A stretch of 64,000 nt of DNA from Octopus sinensis (Eukaryota), in NCBI RefSeq assembly GCF_006345805.1, contig NC_043014.1:33480001-33544000 (forward strand). Reading direction: 5' to 3'. A model generated the notes under the pieces. It worked only from the letters and a program-made list of their open reading frames with translations. It ran no database searches and was not told where the DNA came from. A program made the position numbers and the translations under genes. Of this stretch, positions 51,526-63,574 are shown piece after piece. The first letter of the stretch is position 1; the number at the start of each line of letters is the position of its first letter.

Positions 51526-51775
51526 TGTGTGTGTTTGTGTGCAGGTGGGGGGAGGGCATTGCCTATCTATTTTCCATCTCTCAAAATGGGTGGAATACAT
51601 GGAAGTGGGTGACCCAGGAAGACATGGAATGAAGTACTGAAGAACAATCTCAGGAAGCTGAACCTTTCCGGCAAGATGACAGAGGACTAAGATACCTGGT
51701 GTCTGGCCGTACTCAAGAGGATCCGTACCCACAGCAGAAGTGTTAAGACTGATCCTGCTGGTGGTGTAAAGCACC

Positions 51776-51950
51776 CATGGTGGTGCCACACAAAAGCACC
51801 CATGCAGTTCCACATCAAAACGCCCATGTGGTACCATGTAAAAGTGCTCATGTGGTGTCACATAAAAGTGCATGTGCAGTCCCACATAAAAGCGCCCGTC
51901 TGGTACCACATAAAAGTGCCCATGTGGTGTCACGTAAAAGCACCCAGCAT
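51776..51950 (+). repeat. 24-bp tandem repeat (about 7 units) inside a family E / RTE 3' region
   Basis: GTGGTGCCACATAAAAGTGCCCAT-like units. Confidence 0.75.
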
Positions 51951-52489
51951 ACTCTGTAAAGTGGTTGGCATTAGGAAGGGCATTCAGCCATAGAAATCAT
52001 ACAAAATTGAACTGGAGTCTGGTACAGCTGCCCAGCTCTGGTCAAACCATCCAACCCAAGCCAACATGGACAATGGACATTAAATGATGATGATGATAAT
52101 ATATATATATATATCTGAGATGCCTTTCGGTCACAACACAGACCATGGGATTGCACCTAGAAAGTTACCCTCCCAGGCACAAGTCCAGGCAAGGTTGTTT
52201 ATGGAAGACCAGCAGTCACCCATGCATACAGGCCTCCCCTCTCCACGCCACCAGTGTTATCCAAGGGAAAGGCAAAGGGGCCGATACAGCTTGGCACCTG
52301 TGACATCACAACTCGTTTCTACAGCTGAGTGAACTGGAGTAACATGAAATAAAGTGTCTTGCTCAAGAACACAACATGTAAACCAGTCCAGGATTCGAGC
52401 TCATAACCTCACGATCGTAAGCTCAATGCTCCAACCACTGAGCCATGCACCTTCACAATATATATATATGTATATATATACCGGAGTAA

Positions 52490-52642
52490 ACACATAAATG
52501 TGAAACAAGGTGGAAAAAAGAGTACTCAAATACCAGTGGTAGAGTAATATGCTTTATTTAAAAGCAGCAGAAAATTCAACAAAACCTGTTACTCTGAGTA
52601 ACAGGTTTTGTTGAATTTTCTGCTGCTTTGAAATAAAGTATA
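52490..52642. mobile_element. Penelope-like fold-back element (same family as 9673-9900)
   Basis: 43-bp arms, 1-nt loop at 52595, in a (TA)n tract. Confidence 0.7.
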
Positions 52643-52654
52643 TATATATATATA

Positions 52655-52730
52655 TATGCAACTCAAACAGTGATAGACATAAACCAATACATAAATAACA
52701 AATAAAATAAATATAATATAATATAATATA

Positions 52731-52771
<41 letters not shown>

Positions 52772-52875
52772 TTTCCGAAAGTATAAAAAGAATGATAAAT
52801 ATAATATAATAAGTAATAAGTGTAATAAGTCTATCACTGTCTGAGTTGCATTATAGTGGTTTTATCTCTAATTCA
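52655..52875. mobile_element. Fold-back remnant related to 49925-50400
   Basis: TGCAACTCAAACAGTGATAGAC is inverted at 52829-52850, followed by atagtggtttt.tctctaatt as at 50284. Confidence 0.55.
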
Positions 52876-54857
52876 TATATATATATATATTCGTGTATGT
52901 GTGTGTGCATTGCTTATCTATTTTGTATATATATAATCTGTTGTTGTTGTTGTTGAGTTGACCGAGTTCTGCCTTTATCAAAGTAGACTTATGATCAGAC
53001 AATGTATAAGAATAACATTTTCCAATGTCTACTTCATTTATTTAGACATGAGAATGTCACTTGAGAAAGATTAGGTTGCCATTTCTAGTAGGTTGCATAA
53101 CCACATAGAGGCTCCCTTATTTGCCTGCTACACAATTAATTATTCAGTTGCGTAATTAATTATTTGACTACTTCATCATTCACAATATATCACCTGAAAA
53201 ATTGCATTTAGCTAGTAATTGCAACTGTGACAGTGAATAATCAAAGTTAAAATAATAATAATAATATAGTAATAAAACATTGTGTACAGTGCTCAGGTGC
53301 ACTACAACTCATCTAAAGTGTATATATAATCAGGTGTAGTTTCGGCGGATTTCGGAAAGCATGAGGGCCTTAAAGGATGCAGTGCCATGGTAGTCAACAA
53401 CTGATGCAGGCAGTTTATTCCATGCTTCAGCAACTCTGAGCGTGAAAAAATGTTTCCGAAAGTCATGGGAGCTGTGTTGTTTTCTGACTTTGTAGGTATG
53501 TCCACGTGTGTTAGACACATGGAGAAAATACAGTTGATTAAATTGTCTCCAGTAATTGACTGATATTTATTCTGACAACCTTCACCCCCCACCCCCCATC
53601 CCTGCAGAAAGATTAAAGGCCAACTTAATATGAGAATGTAAAAAGCTATAACTAAATATACTACAAAATGTTTTGCCTTAGATTTTAACATGAGGCTTGG
53701 CTACATGAGCATAGATCCATGTATGTTGCAGGCTTGCTGATGTCTAACGTGTTCAGTTGGCAGGCATGACCGCAGAGACTGCATAGAGAGGTGCACTGGT
53801 CAGCATTGGTCACATTGTCCCAGTTTTTTTCCTCCTTTTTGTTTTATCAGCAAAGATGGTCCCCTACATGTCTTCAAAGGAGACCGTTGCCTGGAGAACA
53901 GTGAGATGCCAGGTTTTCTGGTCAGCAACAAGAACAGACTTCCAGCTGGTGATCAATGTGGCAGGTGTTGATGGATTTATTTGGTGCTTCTCTATCATAG
54001 TGACCAGAGGAGTGTTCACTTTACAGTGTGATCTCAGGAAGTCGATGATCCTCCATCTTGTCACTAATCTATTATCCTTTATTCTTTACTTGTTTCAGTC
54101 ATTAGATTGCAGTCATGCTGGGCCACTGCCTTGAAGAACTTTTAATCAAATGAATTGACCCAGTACTTTTTTTAAACCCAGTACCTTTTCAATTGTTTTT
54201 CTATGCCGAACTGCTAGGTTACAGGAACATAAACAAACCAACCCCAGTTGTCAAGTGGTGGTGGGGGGTGCTGAGACCTCTTTCGGTCATGACTGACTGT
54301 GGTATTGCACCTAGAAAGTGCAGTCCAGGCAAGGTTGTTTATGGAAGACCAGCAGTCGCCCATGCATACCGGCCTCCCCTCTCCACGCCACCAATGTTAT
54401 CCAAGGGAAAGGCAAAGGCCAATACAGCTTGGCACCTGTGATGTCACAACTCATTTCTACAGCTAAGTGAACTGGAGTAACGTGAAATAAAGTGTCTTGC
54501 TCAAGAACACAACACACAGCCCGGTCTGGGATTCGAACTCACAACCTCACGACCGTAAGCTCGATGCTCTAACCACTGAGCCATGCGCCTTCACAGTGGA
54601 GTGGGGGGGGTATACAGATACAAAGACATACAAACACACACACATGCTTCTTTCAGTTTCTGTCTATCAAATCCACTCACAAGGCCTTGGTCAGTTCAAG
54701 GCTATAGGAGAAGACACTTGACCAAGGTGCCATGCAGTGAGACTGAAGCCCAGAACCATGTGGTTGGGAAGCAAGCTTCTAACCACACAGATACGTCTGT
54801 ACCATTATCAACTTTATTAACCTAAAAAACAAAGAAGGTGTGAAAAGTGACTCTTAC

Positions 54858-55020
54858 CATTGGCAGTGCTGAGATTAGCCATAGTCTGTACAATAAAGAA
54901 ATGAGGTAAAGCTCCAGGCTTGAAATTCTGTACCAGTACTTCCATCACTTCATTGCAATATCTGGCTCCTAAGGCTACAAGAACACCACTGGCTGCAGAC
55001 TGCCATTCAGGAACAATTTC
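54858..55020 (-). CDS. MROH1: MROH1 exon E3 (163 nt)
   Basis: ctcccag|GAA...G|gtaag; EIVPEWQSAASGVLVALGARYCNEVMEVLVQNFKPGALPHFFIVQTMANLSTAN. Confidence 0.95.
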
Positions 55021-56391
55021 CTGGGAGAAAGAATATGATACATGAAAATTCATTTGTCAAATTTGATGATGACTTAGCAACAACAAAGTGACAGTGTTAG
55101 GGCCATAGGTACTCACACTGCCATGCCAAAAAGACAAGAAGAAATATACATGACAAATCTATCCCCTAAAATCACCGTTTTTTACTGCTTTGAGTCTAAC
55201 TTAGAATTGCACTAAAATTAATAATTTATGTACTTGTGAAGGTGCATGGCCTAGTGGTGAGGCTGTTGTAATCATGATTGCTAGGTTGTGGGTTCGATTC
55301 CCTGACAGGGCAGCATGTTGTGTTCTTGAGCAAAACACTTCAGTTCACATTGCCCCAGTCTCCTTTCAACCAGCTAGCAGGGTGGTGTCATTTGAAGGCT
55401 AAAACATTGCAAGAGCACATTGTGACCAGCGATGTGTAACAACATCTGATAGTCTGGTTGGTCATGTGGTCACATGGTATGTACTTGTTAGCTTAGTTAA
55501 TTTCATCACATGGCTAACTACAGGTGTAACTTACATTACAGGTGTAATTTAATTCATCTAAAACTTCTCGCCACACTACATCAGGTACATTAGAGGCCTC
55601 ACTATTTGTTTTTCAGGTAGCAGTCATCTCAGGATGTTTTAGTCCCAACCACTGTAATCTATAACACTGTGTAACGTGATCTTTGTCCTTGAGTAGCAAC
55701 GTGGCTAATATTTCCTTCAAACTTTGCTTTTGTTACATTTATTCAAACCCCAAATAATCCCTCTCAACACACTACTCCTGCTACTCTTGCTCATGATCAG
55801 AGATGCACATACTGTCAATCACTAAAGGACATGCTCAACTGGTTAAGGTCAAGCAACTGACAAGCAAATCTGTGGCATTGAGCAGAATATTTGCTATAAC
55901 AATATTTCTGCTTCAGTAACTCAATGCTGAATCAGTCTGAAATGTAATGGAAAATAGGTCCGTTTCAAAACATGATGTCTGGATCACATAAGTAAAGTTT
56001 GAAGGGAATAGTGGTTATTTCCTTTAATTTCTAGATAGAAATAAAGAGGAAATAACACTTACTGGCCATAGACAAAGAAAAAAAAAATTGTAATGCAGTG
56101 TAATGGATGATGGTAATAACAATCAATGGATGACACTGCGTTAGATTACTATATTTCTTTATTATACAATACAATAATAATATATCTATAGATATTTTAG
56201 CCACTGTATGTAAACAATATGTCTGTTTTCTTGTCCATAAAAATATGCTTTTCTACTCTAGGCACAAGGTCTGAAATTTTGGGGGAGGAGGGGGGGCTGT
56301 CGATTAGATCAACCCCAGTATGTAACTGGTACTTAATTTATTGACCCCAAAAGAATGAAAGGCAAAGTTGAGCTCAGAGGAATTTGAACAT

Positions 56392-57016
56392 TACCTTATT
56401 TCCAACCACCAACCGAATAGATATGTGAAGACAGCCAAAAGAAGCATTGACCCAGACTGCCTTCTTCCAACAGTTAAACATGGAGGAGGATCTGTGCTGA
56501 TCTGGGAGGTGGGGGTGGGGTGCTATATCTTGGAAATCCACCAGCCCAATGGTTTCCCTTCATGGCAGAATTAATAGTCAAGACTATTTAAGCAGTTTGT
56601 TTGATCAAATTCATCCTATGGTTGCAGAACTGTTTCCAGAGGGAAATGCAATCATTTAGGATGATAACGCACCAGTTTACACAGCTAAAGTTGTTATTGA
56701 ATGGCACAAGGAACATTCTAGTGAAGCCAAATGTCTTATCTGGCCACCACAGTCCCCAGATCTCAATATTATTGAACATTTATGGTGCATTTTAGAAAAA
56801 CAAGTAAGGAGTCAATATTCTCTACCATCGTCACAAGAACTGGAGATTGTTTTAGGTGAAGAATGGACAAAAATTCGTTTGGAAACAATTCAAACTTTGT
56901 ACAAGTCCATACCTCATAGAAGTCAAGCTGTAATTACTGCTAAAGGTGGTCCTGCCCCATATTAAAATTAATTTGTTTGAAATTTTAAGGTGTTTCCTTT
57001 ATTTTGTCCAACCCTG
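56392..57016 (+). pseudogene. 5'-truncated Tc1 (DD34E) transposase remnant with right TIR
   Basis: TVKHGGGSVLIW, *DDNAP, WPPQSPDLNIIEHLW; ends ccaaccctg|TA. Confidence 0.85.
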
Positions 57017-57358
57017 TATATCTGTGTGTGTGTGTGTGTGTCTATGTCTGTGTGTGTTTGTGTGTGTGTGTGTGTCCCACTTGACAACTGGTGTTGGTGT
57101 GTTTACATCCTTGTAACTTAGCAGTTCGACAAAAGAGAATAAGTGCCAGGTTTGAAAAAATAAAGTATTGGGGTTAATTCATGCAACTAAAAATTCTTCA
57201 AGGCAGTGCCCCAGCATGGCCACAGTCTAATGATTGAAACAAGTAAAAGATAATAAAGTAGATAAAAGACACAGTCCATAGTACAGAATGAAAAAAAAAG
57301 ATACAATATACAGCTACCAACAGAAGTGAAGTTACAAAAACTTAACCACACTATGGCT

Positions 57359-57522
57359 GGGTACTAGGATAAAATTCCAACCGGACAAAAACCTGTAGAC
57401 AAAATCCCCCAGAGTGTTGTTCTATACAATAAAAATATTTTAGGAAAGTGAAATCTTATTAAAAAATCTAAAATATTTATTAATTCATATTTTTGTCCAG
57501 AGGGATTTTGTCCTGATGTCCC
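57359..57522. mobile_element. 164-bp MITE with GGG termini and 6-bp TSD
   Basis: ATGGCT on both sides; imperfect TIR GGG.AC..AGGA.AAAAT.CC. Confidence 0.55.
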
Positions 57523-57699
57523 ATGGCTAATTCAACTACTGATTCAGCTATCAACCAAGAAACTATTATATATTCTCATACAATTTTAATACTTTCACAA
57601 AGGTTGTGTTTAACCCTTGCAGACTAAGGCTTCTCATATGACATTTGAACTGACACACAGCTGAAAGGGAAACAAATAGCTTTGACAAAATAAATAGCC

Positions 57700-58150
57700 A
57701 GGAGTGGCTGTGTGGTAAGTAGCTTGTTTACCAACCACATGGTTCCGGGTTCAGTCCCACTGCGTGGCACCGTGGGCACGTGTCTTCTGCTATAGCCTCA
57801 GGCCGACCAAAGCCTTGTGAGTGGATTTGGTAGACGGAAACTGAAAGAAGCCCGTCGTATATATATGTGTGTGTGTAATATATATATATATATATATAAT
57901 ATATATATATATATTATATATAATGTGCGTGTGTGTGTTTGTGTGTCTGTGTTTGTCCCCCTAGCATTGCTTGACAACTGATGCTGGTGTGTTTATGTCC
58001 CCGTTACTTAGCGGTTCAGCAAAAGAGACCGATAGAATAAGTACTGGGCTTACAAAAAAGAATAAGTCCTGGGGTCGAATTGCTTGATTAAAGGCGGTGC
58101 TCCAGCATGGCCACAGTCAAATGACTGAAACAAGTAAAAGAGTAAAAGAG
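57700..58150 (+). mobile_element. tRNA-derived SINE family B, full length with internal (TA/CA) microsatellite
   Basis: Head AGGAGTGGCTGTGTGG...GGTTCAGTCCC; tail (AGTAAAAG)n; over 12 copies (e.g. minus strand at 23797, 25190, 31917, 48453). Confidence 0.85.
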
Positions 58151-58448
58151 CCAATTTTTGTTGTTGTTGTTGTTTCTCTTTCCTAATCAATTCTGAATGC
58201 CATTGAAAACATCATTTAACATGATGGATTGAGCTGGTTTCCAACAGGTTGTTAACCAGTTTGATATTGGCTTCAAATGAGTTGGAAGTCTTACTGATAA
58301 AAAGGAGGCAGTATGAATCATTTACAGGGATTGAAGAGCTATCATCATCACCACCACCACTGCCTCTTCCTCCTCATCATCATTTTAAGTGAGACTGAGA
58401 GAAAGGAAGAGAAAAGGCAGAAGTAAAAGAAATTGGGGAATATGAAGA

Positions 58449-58572
58449 CTATCTATCTATCCGCTCAGTCGAAGTCGACTCTCGGTTACTCGATGGATCA
58501 GTGTCCTCCAGCCAGTTTTTTCCTGGGCCGCTTCTTTCAGATTGGCTATGTCCAACCTGTATCACTCTTGAT
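58449..58572 (-). mobile_element. Short second copy of the RTE 3' end seen at 33341-33960
   Basis: Closely matches the reverse complement of 33835-33960, including the tail. Confidence 0.85.
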
Positions 58573-58672
58573 ATGAAGGCTAGAGAGGGAAAATAAAGCA
58601 AAATCCTATAAATCTCCCCACCAAGCTAGAAAACAATGTTTAGAAACAGAAAGATATAAGATGGTGTGTTAC

Positions 58673-58804
58673 CTTGGAAGTGGTAAGTTCTTTTAATGCT
58701 TGGTCTATAACACTGGAGGCAAGCTTCATGTCCAACACTTCTAGACATTCTTTTAAGATTCTCTCCATACAGTTCAAAATAGCCACTCTGTGAGCAATGG
58801 GGAG
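58673..58804 (-). CDS. MROH1: MROH1 exon E2 (132 nt)
   Basis: cttcag|CTC...AAG|gtaac; LPIAHRVAILNCMERILKECLEVLDMKLASSVIDQALKELTTSK. Confidence 0.93.
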
Positions 58805-61800
58805 CTGAAGACAACATAACAAAAGAGGAGATAAGAACAGTATTAGCATTTTAAACATACAATAAAAAGGGGGACATAAGATCAGTATTGATATTTAAAC
58901 ACTTTAAAAATGGAAATACCTTGTGGTATTTGTTCCAGTTCTCTATGCTCTGAGTTCTAATCCTGCCAAGGTCTACTTTACCTCTCATCCTTTAAAAGTC
59001 AATAAAATAGTGTACCATTACATGGAGGTAGATTGGGACGGATGGAGTTGTGAGCAGGTTAGACAAGATGCCTTGCGGTATTTATTGCAGTTCTTTATGT
59101 TTTGAGTTCAAATCCTGCCATGACCTACTCGGGTGGTAGGCTTAATCTATCACCCAGTTTACCACCAGACCATGGAACCTTAAGTGCTTTTAGTGAATAT
59201 CATTCTATTGTAAGCAATAATGCCAGGTCTCAGGTTTGAGGATAACTTTCTCCCTCCCACTGGCTTTAGAGACCTTCTCATATTGGAGAACACTGCCTTT
59301 TTGCCTAACCTTAAGAAAGAAAAGAAAAAGTGATATATGATTGACAGTGATATTTAACTCTTTAGCATTCAGATATCTCAGTCAAATATAATATTTATTG
59401 ATAAAAAATAGCCATGCATTATCTTGTAGATCTCAGATTTCAATGATGTGGCTATTGTAGGTTAAGTATGAGAGACTAGACCTGGCCAGCATGAAGTTAA
59501 AACAGGTAAATTATTTTGGCCAGATATGGCTGGTTTAAATGCTAAAGAGTTAAACACAGTATAAAAGAGGGAATATAAATTCAGCATTGATATTTAAGGA
59601 CTATAAAATAGGATAAAAGAAAGACTCTCTTTCTCTTCATGCACCTTGCCTACAAATATTGTAGGTGTAGGAATGGCTGTGGTAAGTAGCTTGCTTACCA
59701 ACCACATGGTTCTGGGTTCAGTCCCACTGCATGGTACCTTGGGCAAGTGTCTTCTGCTATAGCCTCGGGCCGACTAAAGCCTTGTGAGTGGATTTGGTAG
59801 ATGGAAACTGAAAGAAGCCCGTTGTATATATATATGTTTGTGTGTGTGTGTTTGTCCCCACCAACATCGCTTGACAAAAAGATATTATTACATTTTGATT
59901 TTAAATTTTGACACAAGGCCTGCAATTTCAGGGGATGGGGTAAGTTGATTACACCAACGCCAGTGCTCAATCTGTACTCATTTAATTGACTCTGTAAAAA
60001 TGAAAGGCGGAGCTGACCTCAATGGAATTTGAACTCAGAACATAAAGTCAGATGAAATGCCACTAAGTATTTTGCCTGGCATGCTAAATATTCTGCCAAC
60101 TGTTGGTGTGATTACGTCCCCGTAACTTAGTGGTTCGGCAAAAGAGACCGATAGAATAAGTACTAAGCTTACAAAGAATAAGTCCTGGGGTCGATTTGGT
60201 CGACTAAAGGCGGTCCTCCAGCATGGCCACAGTCAAATGACTGAAACAAGTAAAAGAGTATAAGAGAGAGTAATCATAGACCTCCATGCCAAATTTTGAA
60301 GCTTCATATATTCATGGTTTTTTCTTGTGAAGAATACAGTACTGGTTTCCTGTTGCCTTCTGCTGGTTTATTTACAGTTTAGTTTACTAGTCTTTTACTC
60401 TCCCAAGAGTATCCTTGAGGCACAGGATCTATTAAACTCCAAGGCAGAAAAACCAGTTCATGTAACATCAGAAAATATCAACTCATTAGTGAGTTTAAAT
60501 GGCATGTCAAGAGGCCAGCCCTTCTCCAAGTCCCTTAAGGTCCTTGAAAAGTACTTGTGCTTTGTGCCAGAGAGGACCTGGGAAAAGTAGCGACTAAGTG
60601 GTAACTTCATACTCTTTTAAAAAGATCAACCTTGATATTTAAACACTCTAAATGGGAGATGTAAGATTAACATGAAACTCCACAAAAGTGTAATGAACAA
60701 CGATGATAATATGTAACAATATGTGTAAGGTGGCAAGCTAGCAGAATTATTAGCATACCAGGCAAAATGCTTCGCAGCATTTCATCTATCTTTACGTTCT
60801 GAGTTCAAATTCCACTGAGGTCAACTTTGCCTTTTATCTTTTCAGGATTGTATCAATGAAACACTGAGATCAGTGTAATCAACTAGTCACCTCCTCCAAG
60901 ATTTCAGGCTTTCTGCCTTTAGTAGAAAGGATTATTATTATTATTATTCTATGTTTGACTTTTGCTTTATATTTGTACAAGTTGGCTCCAAGTCTCACCC
61001 AGAGACCTCAAGAGACAACAGGTTGGAAGTTTGTGATGTTGTTATGCTAGTGTGCCATATATTTGGTTCTGTATTTTGTGTTGTATTATTATTATTATTA
61101 TTATTAATATTATTATTATTATTATTATTATTATTAAGAAGGCAACGAGCTGAGGCAAAATGCTTAGTGGCATTTCATCTGTCTTTGTGTTCTGAGTTCA
61201 AATTCCATTGAATCTGCCTTTCATTTTTACAGAGTCAATAAAATGAGTACAGATTGAGCACTGGCGTTGGTGTAATCAACTTACCCCATCCCCTGAAATT
61301 GCAGGCCTTGCATCAAAATTTAAAATCAAAATGTAATAATATCTTTTTGTCTTGTCTTGTAACAGCATTCGCCCTGGAGGAGTTAAGCCAGCTCCTATTG
61401 AGATCACCACGTCACAGGTTAAGGCAGCCCACACATTTTTGTCAGTGGCCACTCCTGGTTTCAGCAATGAATGCCAAAGACTCGAGTTCCACAGATGCTT
61501 TGACTGATGTGAGCTACGTCTTCAGCTGGCAACCTCTCCACTTATACCAGCCTGGGGGAGAATCTGGCGTTATTGCCTTCCGGATGAGTTTGTCATGGGG
61601 GTGCCAATGTAATATGTAACAATGTAATAATATGTAATAATATGTAACAAATTTTGGCACAAGACCAGTAGTTTTAGTGAGAGAGGGTTAGTCAATTACA
61701 CCAACCTCAGTATTCAACTGGTACTTTATTTTATTGATCTCCCACCACCACACACACCAAAAGGATGAATAGCAAAGTTGACCTTGACAGTATTTGAACT

Positions 61801-62296
61801 CAGAATGTAAAGAGTCATAAGAAATATCACTAAGCAATTTGTCCATTGCAGTAACAATTTTGCTGTCCACTGCATCATCATCGTTTGACATCCGCTTTTC
61901 ATGCTAGCATGTGTTGGACGATTTGACTGAGGACTGGCGAACCAGATGGCTGCACCAGGCTCCAATCTGATCTGGCAGAGTTTCTACAGCTGGGTGCCCT
62001 TCCTAATGCCAACCACTCTGAGAGTGTAGTGGGTGCTTTTACATGCCACCAGCACAAGGGCCAGTTAGGCAGTACTGGAACGGCCACGCTCAAATGATGT
62101 TTTTTACGTGCTACCTGCACAGGAGCCAGCTCAATGGCACTGGCAACGACCTCACTCGAATGTTTTTTTCACGTGCCACCGGAATACTCTGAAAAATGAA
62201 GTCTCCGACATACTGGAGGGTTATGGTTGAAATGTCTTTAATCATAGGTCAATCTGATCAGAGCTGACCTAGAGTTAAAGAATACCAACAACTCAC

Positions 62297-62442
62297 CTTA
62301 GAATTCTTCTTCAGATAGTAATACGTAGAGCTTATGACTAGATCTGTTTTCTTCTTCCCAAGCTCCACCAATGAATCACGTATCAACTCTTCAGCAAGCT
62401 CATCTTTATCGCACAATGAGTCGATCAGGGCAAATACCAGAT
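62297..62442 (-). CDS. MROH1: MROH1 exon E1 (146 nt, starts phase 1)
   Basis: atttcag|ATCTG...AAG|gtgagt; DLVFALIDSLCDKDELAEELIRDSLVELGKKKTDLVISSTYYYLKKNSK. Confidence 0.92.
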
Positions 62443-62642
62443 CTGAAATCACAAACAGAGAGTATCAAGTTAGCAAAATATCGAGTTAGTAGGTGCTAAC
62501 CATTACAATGTGAATGAATACCCTACAAACAACTTTTAACCTTTTCGTTACCGTATTTATTTTGAGATGCTCTGTGTTTCTTTCAATTACTTTAAATATA
62601 ACAAAGAATTTAGTAAAATAACTTAGTTATCATTAAGCTAGT

Positions 62643-63040
62643 AATGGAAGTGGAAGTGGAAGCACTCCGTCGGTTACAACGACGAGGGTTCCGGTTGATC
62701 CGATCAATGGAACAGCCTGCTCGTGAAATTAACGTGTAAGTGGCTGAGCACTCCACAGACACGTGTACCCTTAACGTAGTTCTCGGGGATATTCAGCGTG
62801 ACAGAGAGAGTGACAAGGCCGGCCCTTTGAAATACAGGTACAACAGAAACAGGAAGTAAGAGTGAGAGAAAGTTGTGGTGAAAGAGTACAGCAGGGATCA
62901 CCACCATCCCTGCCGGAGCCTCGTGGAGCTTTTAGGTGTTTTCGCTCAATAAACACTCACAACGCCCGGTCTGGGAATCGAAACCGCGATCCTACAACCG
63001 CGAGTCCGCTGCCCTAACCACTGGGCCATTGCGCCTCCAC
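62643..63040 (-). mobile_element. Full-length SINE family C with (TTCCAC)n tail, splitting a TTAA-type MITE (62540-63165)
   Basis: AGCTAGT duplicated at both junctions. Confidence 0.75.
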
Positions 63041-63574
63041 TAGCTAGTGATAGGTACATAAATTGTGACAAAAGTTTGGTGGAAGATTTTAATTCAAAAT
63101 TTATGAAAACAAGACATTTGTACTCAGAGCCAGAGCCAGTTTCAGCCGGGTTGGTAATGAAAGGGTTCAGGTACTGGTACTTATATCTCTGGCTTCGTAG
63201 CATTTGAAGCAGATGAAAGCTACATGCCTGTTTTCACAGTATTATTTCATATAAACATTCCCCAACAAACTGGTAAATTATTCTCAACAGCCAGGTAAAG
63301 TAAAACCTAATATAATCATGTTTTAATCACAAATACAAAATAATACATTCAACAGATTCAAATACATGAAGCAGAAGTTATCTGATAACTTATCAGCTTG
63401 GTCATGTCACTTTCACTTCCCTTAGTCAAATAAATAGTTTAAATTTTCTTGCAATCGCTTAGTCATGAGAAAAACTGATAATAAATTCTGGAAGCATTGG
63501 TGAAAAAGAACTATTCAAACTTCCATTAATCCTGCTAAGTCTACATGTGAAAAATTTCATTCCATTTCAGCTTA

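Larger units (their letters stand above)
862..62442 (-). other. MROH1: MROH1 gene body (27 internal coding exons E1-E27 numbered in transcription order; incomplete at both ends)
   Basis: Spliced exons give 3260 nt in one open frame with all phases matching. Peptides follow human MROH1 as I recall it, in colinear order (WQSAASGVLVALG, KAPDPTV, EEQLPKLIHGILGLYKK, EVLRCFTV, AMAHHQYLE, NFLYKCLG, EKVKATLILCYG). Confidence 0.95.

Noticed and set aside
57700-57780. tRNA genes at SINE heads
   Set aside because: A/B-box-like motifs are followed by SINE bodies and tails in many diverged copies; no cloverleaf.
60327-60590. Plus-strand 87-aa ORF with a signal-peptide-like start
   Set aside because: GTG start, no recognisable homology and no supporting exon structure.
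1751-62120. Recurrent short ORFs with similar text (LDALPNANH, QIHSQG...EDTCP, GHGIAPRK)
   Set aside because: They are open frames within multi-copy SINE or LINE-tail repeats, not a gene family.
62443-62452. ORF-track start (GTG, MISD) as the MROH1 initiation codon
   Set aside because: It lies in the acceptor region. E1 starts in phase 1, so a short upstream coding exon is needed; I could not identify it in 62443-64000.
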